Assembly: GCA_030770535.1 (NCBI GenBank)
Contig: JASVEC010000002.1
Coordinates: forward strand, 620,001-684,000
Origin: Batkoa obscura
Lineage: Eukaryota
DNA length: 64,000 bases
Direction of reading: 5' to 3'
The translations under genes and the position numbers were made by a program. The notes under the pieces were generated by a model. That model was not told the DNA's origin and did no database searches. It saw only the letters and a program-made list of their open reading frames with translations. Positions 40,021-52,421 of the stretch are shown in pieces; the stretch's first letter is position 1, and each line of letters starts with the position of its first letter.

Positions 40021-41279
40021 TTATTCGTGAGGTGGAACGGATCTTACAGAAAGTCTTGAAGGGGAAGGTGGACGACTTTTTAATATATTACCATTTTCAT
40101 TGGGATTTTTATTAATACCATTAATATTAAGTTCTCTAATACCATTCATTTTTTTATTACCATTAGTTTTAGCTTGAGAATCGAAAGATGAATTTAAAGC
40201 ATTAATATCTTCGATTTGCTCTTTATTAATAGGTTTCTCAATAACTCCATTACTCTTTGATGAATATTTAACAAACTTAAACATTGAATTTACCACATAT
40301 TCTTCATAAAATAAAACACAAGTAAACAAAATACATACAATAACTTGAGCGTCTGATAAATTAACATTACCAATTAATGAGATAATGGATTCTAATTGAT
40401 CAAATAAATTGAACTGTTTGGCTAATTGAATCAAGTGTTGTGCACTAATTAATTCTTGAGTTGTACTAACTATATAAAAGATAGCTAAATAAAATGGAGT
40501 ACGTATACCTAATGGTATATTCTTAACAAAATTAGGTGTTTGTAATCCCCATTCTGGTTGATTTAGCTTAAATAAATCTAAGAAAGTTAAATCCTTATTG
40601 TTGTTTAATAATGATATAATTGATATTATACTTACCCATCATTATTCCACCTCCACAAGCAGCTACAGTACCTCCCAAAATCATAGCTACATAAGAATTA
40701 GCTAATGGTAATGAATTACTTGCTCTAATAATATCAATAGTTGAAGTTACAGCAAAACCACGACTTACACCATCAGCAATAATAAGTAATGGGTTGATTA
40801 AAGATAGAAATGGAAGTAATATTTTAAATATTAAATCATTTGGTGAATAAAATATAATAAAATGAATTGTACTTTATAATAAAATATAAATGTTATAAAA
40901 ATAAAGAATAAACTAAGTTAAAGTTACCTATATAATGGTATAATAGTATTAGAAGCTAACCATGGTACATATCTACCAAACAAAAAACCTAAATTGATTT
41001 ATTAATAAATTTAAGAAACAAAATAATAAATAAACAATAAAACTTACTACTTAATATACCACCACCTAAACCTAAAATAATATTAACAATTAAAGCCTGT
41101 AACCAAGGAACTTGATATTTATTATTAGTTGATTTATCACCAAATAAATATCTTGAAAACAAAGCAACACGAGTAGCATGTAAAGTAGATAAGATAGATA
41201 ATGGTAAATATTGACTATGCCAATGTGTTTTTGGTAAATTTAATATACCCCATTTAATTAATTCTAAATTACTCAACAT
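40021..41279 (-). CDS. TRIC/TMEM38-like cation channel (4 exons)
   Basis: Spliced: LGLGGGILS|SFLFGRYVPWLASN...IIFYSPNDL...GTVAACGGGIMM|DLF. Two GGG-bearing repeats and the FY.P.D motif are typical of TRIC. Confidence 0.7.
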
Positions 41280-41668
41280 TTCTCTTTTATTATTAAACTA
41301 AACAACTTTTATTATTTTTATTGTTTGTTTTTTTGTTTGTTTTATAATCTTTTGTTTTTCGTTTTGTAAAAAGAGTAAGCTTCAACTTTGGTTTATTTCT
41401 AATTAACTTTATGTTCCCGTAAACTAGAATTTATTCAACCATTTATTATCGTTTCTCATTTACTATAATTGGTTTTTATAGAAAAAATCAAGCTCCATGG
41501 TATCCTTTCATTGGCTTATAATATATTACCACTTCTGATTGGCTACTATAAATCTAAAATTACTAATCTTCAATTTCCATGTAAGCAATAAATAGATTTA
41601 TTTAAATAGAAAAACAAATAATAAATTAATAAATTAGTATGTATTAAAAATTATAAAAATTATTCAAT

Positions 41669-42505
41669 TTAACTGGAGGATTTATTGTATAATGAAGAAG
41701 ACATTGATACAATAAAAAAGAAGGATGATTTAGTATTACTTAAAAATAAATGCTTTGAAATATAAAATAAAATATTCGATTGAAGTGCCCATTTAAGATG
41801 AAAGATAACATCATTATTAGCATTTGGTAAACTTGCGGAGGTAACTATCATTGGTATATATAATATCATTCCATAAGTATAATATAATAATATTGAGGCT
41901 AAAATTAAATTATTGTCCTTAAATAATTCTTTATAATTATATTTTAATACTAATAATATTACTGATAATAATGTCAATGAAAAAAGATTAATACTAAACT
42001 CAACCCATGAATAAATTGCCAAATAATGAACATTCATAGTAGCAGAACAGAAATCGAATTCATCTTTAAATCCATTAATACTAAAAAATAACATTAATAA
42101 AGAGCAAATCTTTAAAGCACTATTGATTATTATGTAACTTATTGATATGCCCTGTAATAATAGTTTATGCTTTATTACTTCAGACAGCACATTTAAAATT
42201 GCTATTACAATTAAAATATCCGATAAAGATACACTTATCATTGCCATTGTTATATTTAATTTTGGTTTTATAGTACATAATGTATTATTGTAAAAATCTG
42301 ATATTCTACTTATATGACAACAAATTGCTGTTGCTCCTATAACTAGTATTAAGATGGTATAAATGTTTAACACTTTTTTGATTATAGTTTGAAACAGATT
42401 AATAATTAGTTTTATATGAAAAACGAAAGTAAGTGAATAAATCAATAAATCTTGATTAACAGTTCTAAAATAATCTGTTGGTAAAGATATTATTATTGGA
42501 TCCAT
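41669..42505 (-). CDS. Orphan multi-pass (~7 TM) membrane protein
   Basis: ~278-aa intronless ORF with ~7 hydrophobic segments and two extracellular-type Cys; first ATG at 42505 (the ORF track starts at a GTG). Confidence 0.65.
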   Translation of the reverse strand: MDPIIISLPTDYFRTVNQDLLIYSLTFVFHIKLIINLFQTIIKKVLNIYTILILVIGATAICCHISRISDFYNNTLCTIKPKLNITMAMISVSLSDILIVIAILNVLSEVIKHKLLLQGISISYIIINSALKICSLLMLFFSINGFKDEFDFCSATMNVHYLAIYSWVEFSINLFSLTLLSVILLVLKYNYKELFKDNNLILASILLYYTYGMILYIPMIVTSASLPNANNDVIFHLKWALQSNILFYISKHLFLSNTKSSFFFIVSMSSSLYNKSSS

Positions 42506-43546
42506 TTTTTCCACTATAAAATTTTAATAAAAGTGAGCAATATCATTTGAATTTCACTTATTTTATATCTTTTTACTTACCCCATTTTATTACATAACAT
42601 ATCATTAGTATTTTGTTAGAATCCAAAATTGGATAAATTAAAAATCAGAAATGAGGAGAAACAATAAAATGGGATTATTTATTAACCTTATTCCTTGTTC
42701 AGTTAGAATAGCTTGCAGTTAAACGCCTTTCTTTATTTTTAATTTGCTTCAATATTTTTTAATATGAATTTAGGATTATAAGAAAAACTCTGGTCTTAAA
42801 ATTCACATTAGAAAAATCAACCACAAGTTAAAATCAATAAATACATCTAACTGCATGTAGCTCTAAATTATGGAATTTTTCTATGAATAAACTTCGGACA
42901 CTTCTATTTATATCCTTATGAGTTGTATTAAATAGAAATTAACGTTCTTTGCTTTTTATCATCGAGGTTTAGTTTAATTATAACTACTACAAAAATAAAT
43001 ATAAAATAGCTAACTTTATAAATTAATGGAAAACAAAATTTTCTTAAATAAAATTATTATTAAACAAAAAAATTTATGATGATTTTTACCAATTTTCTAA
43101 AACCACCTTATTATGTTATACTTCCTCCAGAGCGCAATGACTATCGTGCTTATTAATGATAATATTTTAATAATTGTTGTATTTTAATGAATTTTAGAAA
43201 ACAACCTTTTAAAGAATTTTCCTAGTAAAATGAAATCAAAGTTAATAAATTTATATGATAGTATAACAAAAGACTATCTATTGATATAAAACTTAATTTG
43301 AATAATTTGGTATAGTATACTTGATGTGGGGATGTCTGAATTAGTTTCATTATTTTATCCAATTTTTAAATATTTTGTATTTTAAAAACTTCGGTTAAAA
43401 TTCTATAGAATCAAATCTTTTATTAAAACAAAAGTACCCGAACACAGTTTTAAATTATTCTATTATAGTTTATATTGTAAGCTAGCTGAATTTCTACTAG
43501 ATTTTAAATACATTTTCTTAGAAAACTTCATTGAAAAACATTTATT

Positions 43547-43643
43547 GGGGATATATTTTTGTTTAAGAATTTTACTAACAAGTTTTCCGCTCAAATAGTG
43601 CTTGAAAAATGGAAAAAGTAATGAAACCAAAAAGAATATCCCC
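43547..43643 (-). mobile_element. MITE copy
   Basis: GGGGATAT...ATATCCCC, shared core; flanks TATT/ATAT do not match. Confidence 0.85.
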
Positions 43644-44510
43644 ATATGTTAAAAAAGTTACTAAAAATAAAAAAATAAAAAATCCATTTAAACATAGTTA
43701 GGTTTACTAAGAAACTGGTAATTATATATAATACAAATCAAAAATAAAAGTAACATTTTAAAGATATAACAGGTAAGTTCAAGATAAGCTAAAATATAAA
43801 ATTCTTTGATTACTCTATATCTAAGGGTATTTGTGTTTTACTGTGTTTTTAATAAAATAATGAAAGTGTCATAGATTGATTATTGTTTAAGCTTAAAAAT
43901 ACTAATCAGATGTTAAATATTTTATAGATGCTTTTTGAGTGTATAGTATGAGATTGGGAAAGAATGGAGACAAGTCATATATCAAGCTGCTTTTAAGGAA
44001 TAAACTTGTTAAAAATAGATAGAAATGTTCTTGATTAATGACCTTTTACTATAAATTTTAGCAGAAAATTCAAATATTGGTAAAGTCAAAAAGGTAAATT
44101 AGATATTAAGAAAAATTAACTTGTCAATGTATTTTAAGTTTAAGTTATCCGTTAAAAAATTCTTTAAACTTTGAAACCTTTTTTGAATATTCTATATTTA
44201 TATTCTCTAGATTTTTCAAGTTCTTAGATAAAGCAAAGCTTTTTTATAAATAGCAATAAAAAAGCGACTATATAGCTACTACCTTACTTCATCTAAACTA
44301 TATAAAACTTAATACCAAAATAAACAATAATAGTCTCCTTATTTATTTTCATCTTTTTTATCATTAATTAGCTTGTACAAATCGTAATAAGTACATATTT
44401 TTTCTTTCCAATTTTTTATCTGGTCAGTACAAATTTAGCTGCCTTCTTTTCAACTTTTTGATTCTATAATTTTTTCATAAGCATTTAATGTTTTATACTT
44501 TTCAAGATAA

Positions 44511-44563
44511 AATAATAATATTACAAATAATAATATTACAAATAATAATATTACAGATAATAA
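44511..44563. repeat. Tandem repeat (AATAATAATATTACA)x~3.5
   Basis: 15-bp unit read directly. Confidence 0.8.
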
Positions 44564-44800
44564 ATTTTAATAAAATTAAATTTGATTTATTCTATCATTT
44601 TAAAAATGAAAGATTAATTTATTATTATATGATGATATTATTGAAAACCAATTGTAGTTCTTTATGAAAACGAACATATTGTATAGTATCAATTTTATTC
44701 TATAAAGATAAATTGGTGACTATAACCATAAATAATCCAATAATTCAAATACATGATTTATTTAAGAAATGATGTATAATGAGAGACAAAGAAAGAGTAC

Positions 44801-45337
44801 CTATATTAGTAGATAATTCAAACTCATCCTTTCTGTGCTGTTAGTTATAGATGAAGGAGAAGAAGAGATCGAATTGCTCATTGAGTTATAATTTGATTCG
44901 AAGTTTTCTTGAGATGAAAGTGGAGGTGAAAAATTTAGAGTGTTATTATTCCTTTCAGGGGATGAAGCTAAAGGAAGCTTTAAAAAATGAGAGGTTTTAA
45001 TCTCATCTTTCCATTGTAAACCTGTGTTTATTGGAATAAAATTAGTCGTCCTCTTTTCTACTGATCTACGATTCTGAAACCAAATTTGAAATTCTCTTGG
45101 ATTCATTTGTAACTGCTCAGATAACTTTTTTCTTGTCAATTTAGATGGATAAGGGTTAATTTTATATATGGATTCTAATATTTTGCGTCGCTCTCTCTTG
45201 AATATCCCTCTGGGGCCTTTTTCCTCAATATTAATATTAATCTTATCATCATTGTTCATATTATAGTTCGTTTTATTATTATAAATAGATGGAAAATTAT
45301 AGGTATAGTTTTTATAGATCTTAGCAGGCTCTAGCAT
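44801..45337 (-). CDS. Homeodomain transcription factor, paralog 1 (178 aa)
   Basis: ILESIY..NPYP....RKKLS.QL.M..REFQIWFQNRR. Start placed at MLEPAKIYKN by alignment to paralogs and the upstream TATA box. Confidence 0.92.
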   Translation of the reverse strand: MLEPAKIYKNYTYNFPSIYNNKTNYNMNNDDKININIEEKGPRGIFKRERRKILESIYKINPYPSKLTRKKLSEQLQMNPREFQIWFQNRRSVEKRTTNFIPINTGLQWKDEIKTSHFLKLPLASSPERNNNTLNFSPPLSSQENFESNYNSMSNSISSSPSSITNSTERMSLNYLLI

Positions 45338-45398
45338 AGCTTGCAATAGATAAATAGATAAAAATGTCTTTTTTAAAGTTAGAAGTTGTTTCTGAGCT

Positions 45399-45409
45399 CT
45401 ATTTATATA
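45399..45409 (-). promoter_or_regulatory. TATA box of homeobox paralog 1
   Basis: AAAAGTATATAAATA ~65 nt upstream of the ATG; the same motif precedes paralogs 2 (~51817) and 3 (~57711). Confidence 0.6.
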
Positions 45410-48400
45410 CTTTTTTCTTCCGAAGTCAAATGAATAATAAATCATTCTAAGTTATAATTTACTTTAAAATAACGCAATATGATAAATGAACTTATTTTTG
45501 TGTCGAAACCAGAAAGCTTTATCTTGTTTAAAAGCTTTTTTATATAATAGATTTAATGTCTTTATATTGTATGTTTTGTTTGTGTAACTATTTATTTTTA
45601 CTACGATCTCTTTTATTTTGTAATTGATTAAAATTGAAAAATAATAATTATTAGTAATAAAGAATCATAAGGCTCAATCCTAAATTCAAAAAAATCAATT
45701 TCTTTTTTAATATAAGTATATAAAGTTGACATTAAATATGTCTATTAGATATTTGTTAATTTACTTTATTGAGCCTGTAATTTATCATAATGAACTTTAT
45801 AGCTAAAGCAATTGAGTAAAAATGTATAGCCTATCAGCTAGTATAAGTTTTATGTATATTTTTGATATAATAATTTAATACCAGGGTTAATGACTTGTTC
45901 AAATACAGAAACTATCAACCGACTGCATAACAACAAAAGCAACGCTTTAAAAAATCATTGTATGATAAACTATCTAGGTTGTTTCATATGAAAGTTCGTA
46001 TGATAGTTTTTAGCTCCTACCCTTAGGAAAAAAACAAAGTGTTAAAATGAAAGGGTGTTTACATTTAATTTATTTGGCCAAGTAGCGGCCCAAGTTGGAC
46101 GGGCGAGGTAAAAGAATTATTTTAATAAGCCCATAAATAAAGTAAAAACTCTTCAAAGAAACAGTATTACTTATTTATTTATCTCTTATCCTTATTTGAA
46201 TCATTTCGAATAAAGAATCCAATACTCGAATTTGCCAGAGTTTGGCCTCCTAAAAATCATAAGCTGACTATAAGCAGATGATAGCTGTAGGAAATAATAA
46301 TATACGTCGTTATATGATTCAAGGATAATAAAGTTAAGCATATTGATTGCTGCTTTATAATGTTAAAACAACTGAATTAGTATATCAACAATATAAAAGA
46401 TAATAATAAAATAGCTATTTAATTAAGGTTATCATCTATAATTAGAAAAAATATACAAATTGGGAAAAGCTTTCTAGATTGTATTTATTACCTAATTTAA
46501 TAATAAATAATGTTTGTTATATAAGAATAACAGATTCATATTTACTTTTCAATTGACTATTATAAACAATATTCATAAAATCATAATTAAATTGATCTTT
46601 ATAATCTTTCCAACATAATGATATCGCCAATTTTGATAGAATCTAAAGCGATGATGTATATGTTCCTTATTTTTATGAGTGAAAATGCGAATATATTCGA
46701 TATAAGCACATTTTGTTTTAAAAATAAACAATCGAATATTCTATAACTACTTATGCTTCATTTTTAAAATTACATGACTGATATGTGTTTGTTTAATCAA
46801 CAACATAAGAGTAAAGTACCTGCGGTTCTCAAAGGTTTAAAATTATATCATTTCTTAATAATTCATTCGTCTTAATCTTTAAAATATATTAGTGTATATT
46901 TCCGTTTTCAAGGGATACAAACATTGGTCATATAAACATACTTAATCCCAATGCTAATGTCCTGTTTATGCGGATGTCAGCTATTTCATCGCATACTCTT
47001 TAAGACGTGCTTTACTACCCATTTAATTACAAATATTTGCATTAAATTTACCGAAATATTGCTAACAACTTTTCGGTTAATAAAATAATATTCAGTTTTT
47101 GTGAAATTGTATTTTAATTAAATTTGTTTATATTAATTTAAGTTTTTATTTCTTATGATATATTTAAAGTTACTAAAAAGAAAGCAACAATAAAATTAAC
47201 AATATATTTAATATTAAACTTATTATGCGTGATGGAAACCAAACTGAATGCCATAAGTGCATAGACTTAAAATATGAGTGAAGGTTTAGTGCAATGAATC
47301 AACTTTGAAGTGAAGAGAAGTTAGAGGCTTATTAATAAGTACTGCAAAGGTCCTAAAAAAACGCGTCGTTTACATTAAAATTTTATATTTTAATATAGTA
47401 TAAACCATGATGCTTAAGCGGTAACCTTTCTAAAATAGTTTATAATCTTAAAAGTATTAACTACCTGTAAAGTACATGATAAGTTTTTTATCTCACCATA
47501 TAGCTAATGATTTGTTTAACCTTAAGCTACATAAACCTCTTTCTTGAAAGGGCTTGAAAATTTAATAATCAAGTTCCATAAAAAATAGCTAAAACAATAA
47601 TGAAAAAGGTATTTCTATATAATTTCTATAACTACTGCTGGTATAATTTAGCACTAGTTTTTCTTACATAACTCGAAGTTATTCTAAATTAAATGCAAAT
47701 ATACAACTACAAAGTCTTAATTGAATATCTATCTTTGATTTATAATAGTTTCATGGTGTGTAAGAAAAATTATTTCCAAGTTAAAAAGGTAGCTTGGTAA
47801 ACAAGCTACAATGTTTCTATGTATCGTTTTTAACTCAATGCTATCTCAATGACAATGTCGCGATCTGAAAAATTTAGTTACTACCATTGATTTAAGTCAA
47901 ATATGGTCTGGTCATTTTAAATATATATATCTAATGGTTTCGAAAATAGAAAGTCCCTATAATCAAACCCAGAAAACACAAAAGAAAAATACTCAGCCCA
48001 TGTTTAATTTAAATCAGGAGTGCAATTCAGTTATTTAGCTTAATAAAGTTCAAATACAAAAAAGTCAAATGTGTAAATTATTTACTGATTATATATGTAA
48101 TTTAAACAAAATATCATAAGCATGATATTTTTTGACTTTATTAGTTACACTAAGGTTCCTTTGAAATCCTAAATGTTTCCTAATATAAACTTTGTAAAAT
48201 TAACAATACTCCATAACTATGACCTTGATTTGAGTCCCAGCTTGTTTAATTTAAACTAATTCCACACATATTAAATTAAAGTATCCGTGAAAATGAGATT
48301 GTTACACCTATTAAAGCACACATATGCAGTGGTTGTTTGCTCATTTTAAAATGAGAATTCAAATATCAGATTGCAAAATGCATAATAATATAAGTTACTG

Positions 48401-48655
48401 GTTACAAAAATCGCCGCTAACTAGTTCAAATTTGAACTTCAAAAGCCCCAACATTAATCAATATGGGGGTCTTTAGAACATCTACACTATCTACGAATTC
48501 AAATTAATAATACACATTTTTCTAAAATATGTATTACTGATTCAAATATAGTCCCAGACCAATGTTATCAATAGGCATCCCTGAAAACCACCGAGCCATT
48601 TAGCTAGTATAAGCTTTACAAAGTAAAATATAGTAAGGTGTGGTAAAAAATATTT

Positions 48656-48746
48656 GGGCTTTTTTATTGGTTTTATCATTTTTTCTATTTTTTAAGCGCT
48701 ATTAAGCAGAAAAATGTTGATAAATTTCTTAAAAGGAAACATCCCT
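48656..48746 (+). mobile_element. MITE copy with an empty site in the duplicated segment
   Basis: TSD ATTT/ATTT; the paralogous position 55151-55154 has a single ATTT. Confidence 0.88.
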
Positions 48747-49907
48747 ATTTCTTATTATCTATTTCTTTGCTAAATATTAACTGTTTAGCTTGTATAGACT
48801 TATAAAGTGTAATTCATATCTTGATTCATTAATATACACAACTCTATTCAATCATATTGTGTAAAATATTTGATTGTTATTATCCAGCTTTTCTAAATGA
48901 TTAATCTTCTCTATTTATCCAATTACATTTATTACTTAATACAAGTAGGTGATTTTATGAATTTAAATAGCTACAGATATTATGTAAAATTCTTACTATA
49001 AGTTTATATACGGTCAAGTATGTGATGTATTTGTTTATAGATGAATATTCAATAGATTTATAAGACTATATGGTCTAGACCAGATGATATGATAAAAACT
49101 ATATTATTCTCTAATAGCCGGAATAAAATACAAAGAAATAGCTGCGATTAGAAGTATAATATTTATTAGAGTCCTTAAAATTATTTGGAGCATTGGTATA
49201 TAATTTGAGCTACCTTACCAAAATAACTATCAGTTAATTGGCACCTTTTATACTTTATACCAAATTTGTAATGTAAAATTTTGACAATAATTCTACATCT
49301 TATGTTAGCTTAAACCCTTGTCGGCTTATCCCAAACGGTTATAATGGATTTTATTATTAAAATCAAATAGGTAAATAACTTATGTAAATAGATAATTGCA
49401 TGACAAAAACGTGGAACCTGATAAGATTAGTTTCTAAAGAATAACTTATCAAAATCAACAAGTTTAAATAGCTTTCTTAATGGCTCTTATTAAAAATGAC
49501 TAAAATGTAATTAACTTATTGAAACCCCATAAATATTCTTTTATATAAAAACATAAATTCAATTACTATATATAAAGTCTAACCACATTAATAGCTTATA
49601 TTGATGTTGAAGTATATATTCTTAATTAAAATCTCCACTAAAATTCAAGTTTGGTTTTTTACTAAAGTGGAAATGGATGAACTAAAATTATTCAACCCCC
49701 GAAGCCCTTAATCCATGAAAATCTCAACACTACTAATCTATATGACAATATGATTTACTTGAATTAAAAATGGCATTAATAACATTATAACATTCTATCT
49801 ATCTAAATGGGTACTAATATAATATTGGTCAAAAAAAGGGGTCTTCATCTCCACCATATCCTCTAAATCAATTAGCCATCAGTTATTCTTTGAAATTCAT
49901 TTACCTC

Positions 49908-50366
49908 TAACAATAAAACACTTAAAAGTTTACTCTTTCAAGATTAAAAAAATGGATCAAATTCATAAAAGTTGAACTAATTAAGGTCTGACTTTGTTTA
50001 ACCAATGAGATTTTAAAATTAATAAATGCAAAAGTTCTAATTTAAGCTTTAGCTTAAACTTATCTTTAGTTAAAAACCGAACCAGTATTAAAAAAATAAT
50101 AAATTATAATAAAACTTAAAATATTAAATGAATAAATGATACATTAGAAAATAAAGTCTCATCCCACTTATTTTATTAAATATCCTTATTTAATTGTCAT
50201 TTTATAATTTTTTTTCTATTTACTTAAAGTTTTATTAACCTTTATGCCTATCAAAATTCTTTAATCTTATTGGTTAAATCAAAATCAACCTTTACACCAG
50301 TTCAGTTATGGAAACTGATCTGGTTTTTTTAAATAGCATTATGTAAAGCTTTAAGGTAGATTGTCT
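49908..50366. mobile_element. Degenerate foldback element with ~130 bp imperfect inverted arms
   Basis: 49908-50040 matches the reverse complement of 50235-50366 (e.g. TTTAACCAATGAGATT vs AATCTTATTGGTTAAA); absent from duplication copy B. Confidence 0.6.
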
Positions 50367-51887
50367 TGCAGTATTTAGCCATATATAATTAATAAAAATA
50401 AAATAGGGAGTAGTTGTATATAGCTAGTGATTTTTTTCATCTTTAATAGCGGGGACGTCGACTAATTTAAACTAAAGTTTAAACTAAGTAAAAGTATATC
50501 AATAAATAAAATAGATTTTAACATTATGTACTTAACTTAGAATCATAAATTTCTGCGATGTGCTTTGCTATTTGATATTTTTACAAGAAATGGTGGTATG
50601 ACTGAAGCCTATTCTTATTTTGATTCATAAATATAAAGAATATATACATCATTAATTTAAATCTCGATTAAGCATCATACCGTAATTGTATTTACAAAAT
50701 CATTGAGATTTTAAAGTTAGCATGGATAATTAAATGTTTTCTCTATCTGGGTATTCAATATGCTTATTTTGTTCAAAGGTTATAACTTTGATTAAAATGA
50801 TCTTGACTTTTGTATGAATTTTTATATATTAGAATTTATTAATCTGTAATACATAACTCATAACTTCGTAAGTTCAAAAATGGTAATCGATAAGCTGCAT
50901 CTTACTATTGTTATTTTATAGAATAAATTATCTATTATCATGATTAGTTACAACTCCTTTTAATCTATAACTAAAATAATTATTTATATAATCGTAAATT
51001 TGAATGAATAATGTTCGTAACTATTTAATGTTGTGGATTATTTCTCAAAGACTTAAATGATAAGAATGTTAAACATATGAATAATATCAAAATGTTTTAT
51101 GTTAACTTTATTGTAACTATAGCTGAAATCGTTTCTTTATTCACTTATATAAATCAAGTCATTGCTTTTTTAGTACAATCAAATGAAACAGTTTTTTATT
51201 CCATATTTTTCCAAATATTGTAATACTTATCATATAGCTGGTTGCTTATCACTTTATATGGGTAATTCATTAACAATTACATTAAATTGTTATATTAGGA
51301 ATATAATACAAATTACTTTTGCTAGCTAAAAGATTAAGTACCCATCAATTGTGTTTAAATTGCATAAATATTTAAATCCAAAACGTTTAATGTCATAAAT
51401 AGTAAGTCTAATTAGGTTAAATTAAAAAATTAAATAATATATATTATATAATAATATATTTGTAATATAATATTTAATATTTGAATATATATCAAAGAAT
51501 TTAAAATTGGCTATTAATAGATCATTCTTCATCAATCTCATTTTGATACTAACTTTGTGGGTAGCTTTAGATAGCTATTTTCAATTTTAATTAATTAAAG
51601 AGTAAAAAGGATTAATAACAAAATTAAAGTTATAAACAAATAAATAGATATTCACTTTAAAAACATTAAATCAGTAATATCGCAAATAGAACCCCCTAAA
51701 TAAAAGAAAGTTTGTCTATTTTTGGCATAAAAAAGAATATCAATTGGTACTATTATGCTATATAAAAGTAACTTACAATATAAAATGATTTATCATTAAT
51801 TAGGACTTGAAGAAAAGTATATAAATAAAGCTTATAAATATCGTTTACTTTAGAATTTATTATTTTATTTATTATATATTACAAGAT

Positions 51888-52421
51888 ATGTTAGACTCTA
51901 TCGAAAGTTATAAAACTTATACTTATAATTTTACATCAGTTTGTAATAATACTGGCAATAAAATGAAGGAAAGTAGGGATACTAATGGTGATAGTAACAA
52001 AAAAACCACCAAAGAGTCTTTGAAAAAAGAGAGACGTAAGATATTAGAATCAATGTATAGACTTAATCCATATCCTTGTAAAGATGCAAGGAAACAGATA
52101 TCTCAGCAACTACAAATGAATCCAAGAGAATTTCAAATTTGGTTTCAAAATCGTAGATCTAGAGAAAAGAAAAAGACAAACATGATGCCAATAAACACAG
52201 GTTTACAGTGGATTAATACCATCGAACCTTCTTATTTTTTAAAGCTCTCCTCAAGCTCATCGCCTGAAATGAATGGCAATAATTCTAATTTTTCTCCTAC
52301 ACTATCATCTCAAAGTAACTTTGAATTCAACTCTAATATAGTAAACCATTCTATCCCTCTCCCCGATACTTCTTCATCTGAGTGCACTCTAAGGATGAGT
52401 TTGAGTTACTTATTAATATAA
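51888..52421 (+). CDS. Homeodomain transcription factor, paralog 2 (177 aa)
   Basis: Intact ORF with homeodomain REFQIWFQNRR; C-terminal RMSLSYLLI. Confidence 0.93.
   Translation: MLDSIESYKTYTYNFTSVCNNTGNKMKESRDTNGDSNKKTTKESLKKERRKILESMYRLNPYPCKDARKQISQQLQMNPREFQIWFQNRRSREKKKTNMMPINTGLQWINTIEPSYFLKLSSSSSPEMNGNNSNFSPTLSSQSNFEFNSNIVNHSIPLPDTSSSECTLRMSLSYLLI

Noticed and set aside
45338..45445. 36-aa N-terminal extension of homeobox paralog 1 in the ORF track
   Set aside because: It spans the conserved TATA box; paralogs start at the position matching 45337.
44801..52421. Divergent homeobox pair as a canonical HD1/HD2 mating-type locus
   Set aside because: The genes are close paralogs of one class (WFQNRR, no TALE-type insertion) and no pheromone or known receptor gene is recognisable; kept only as a hypothesis.
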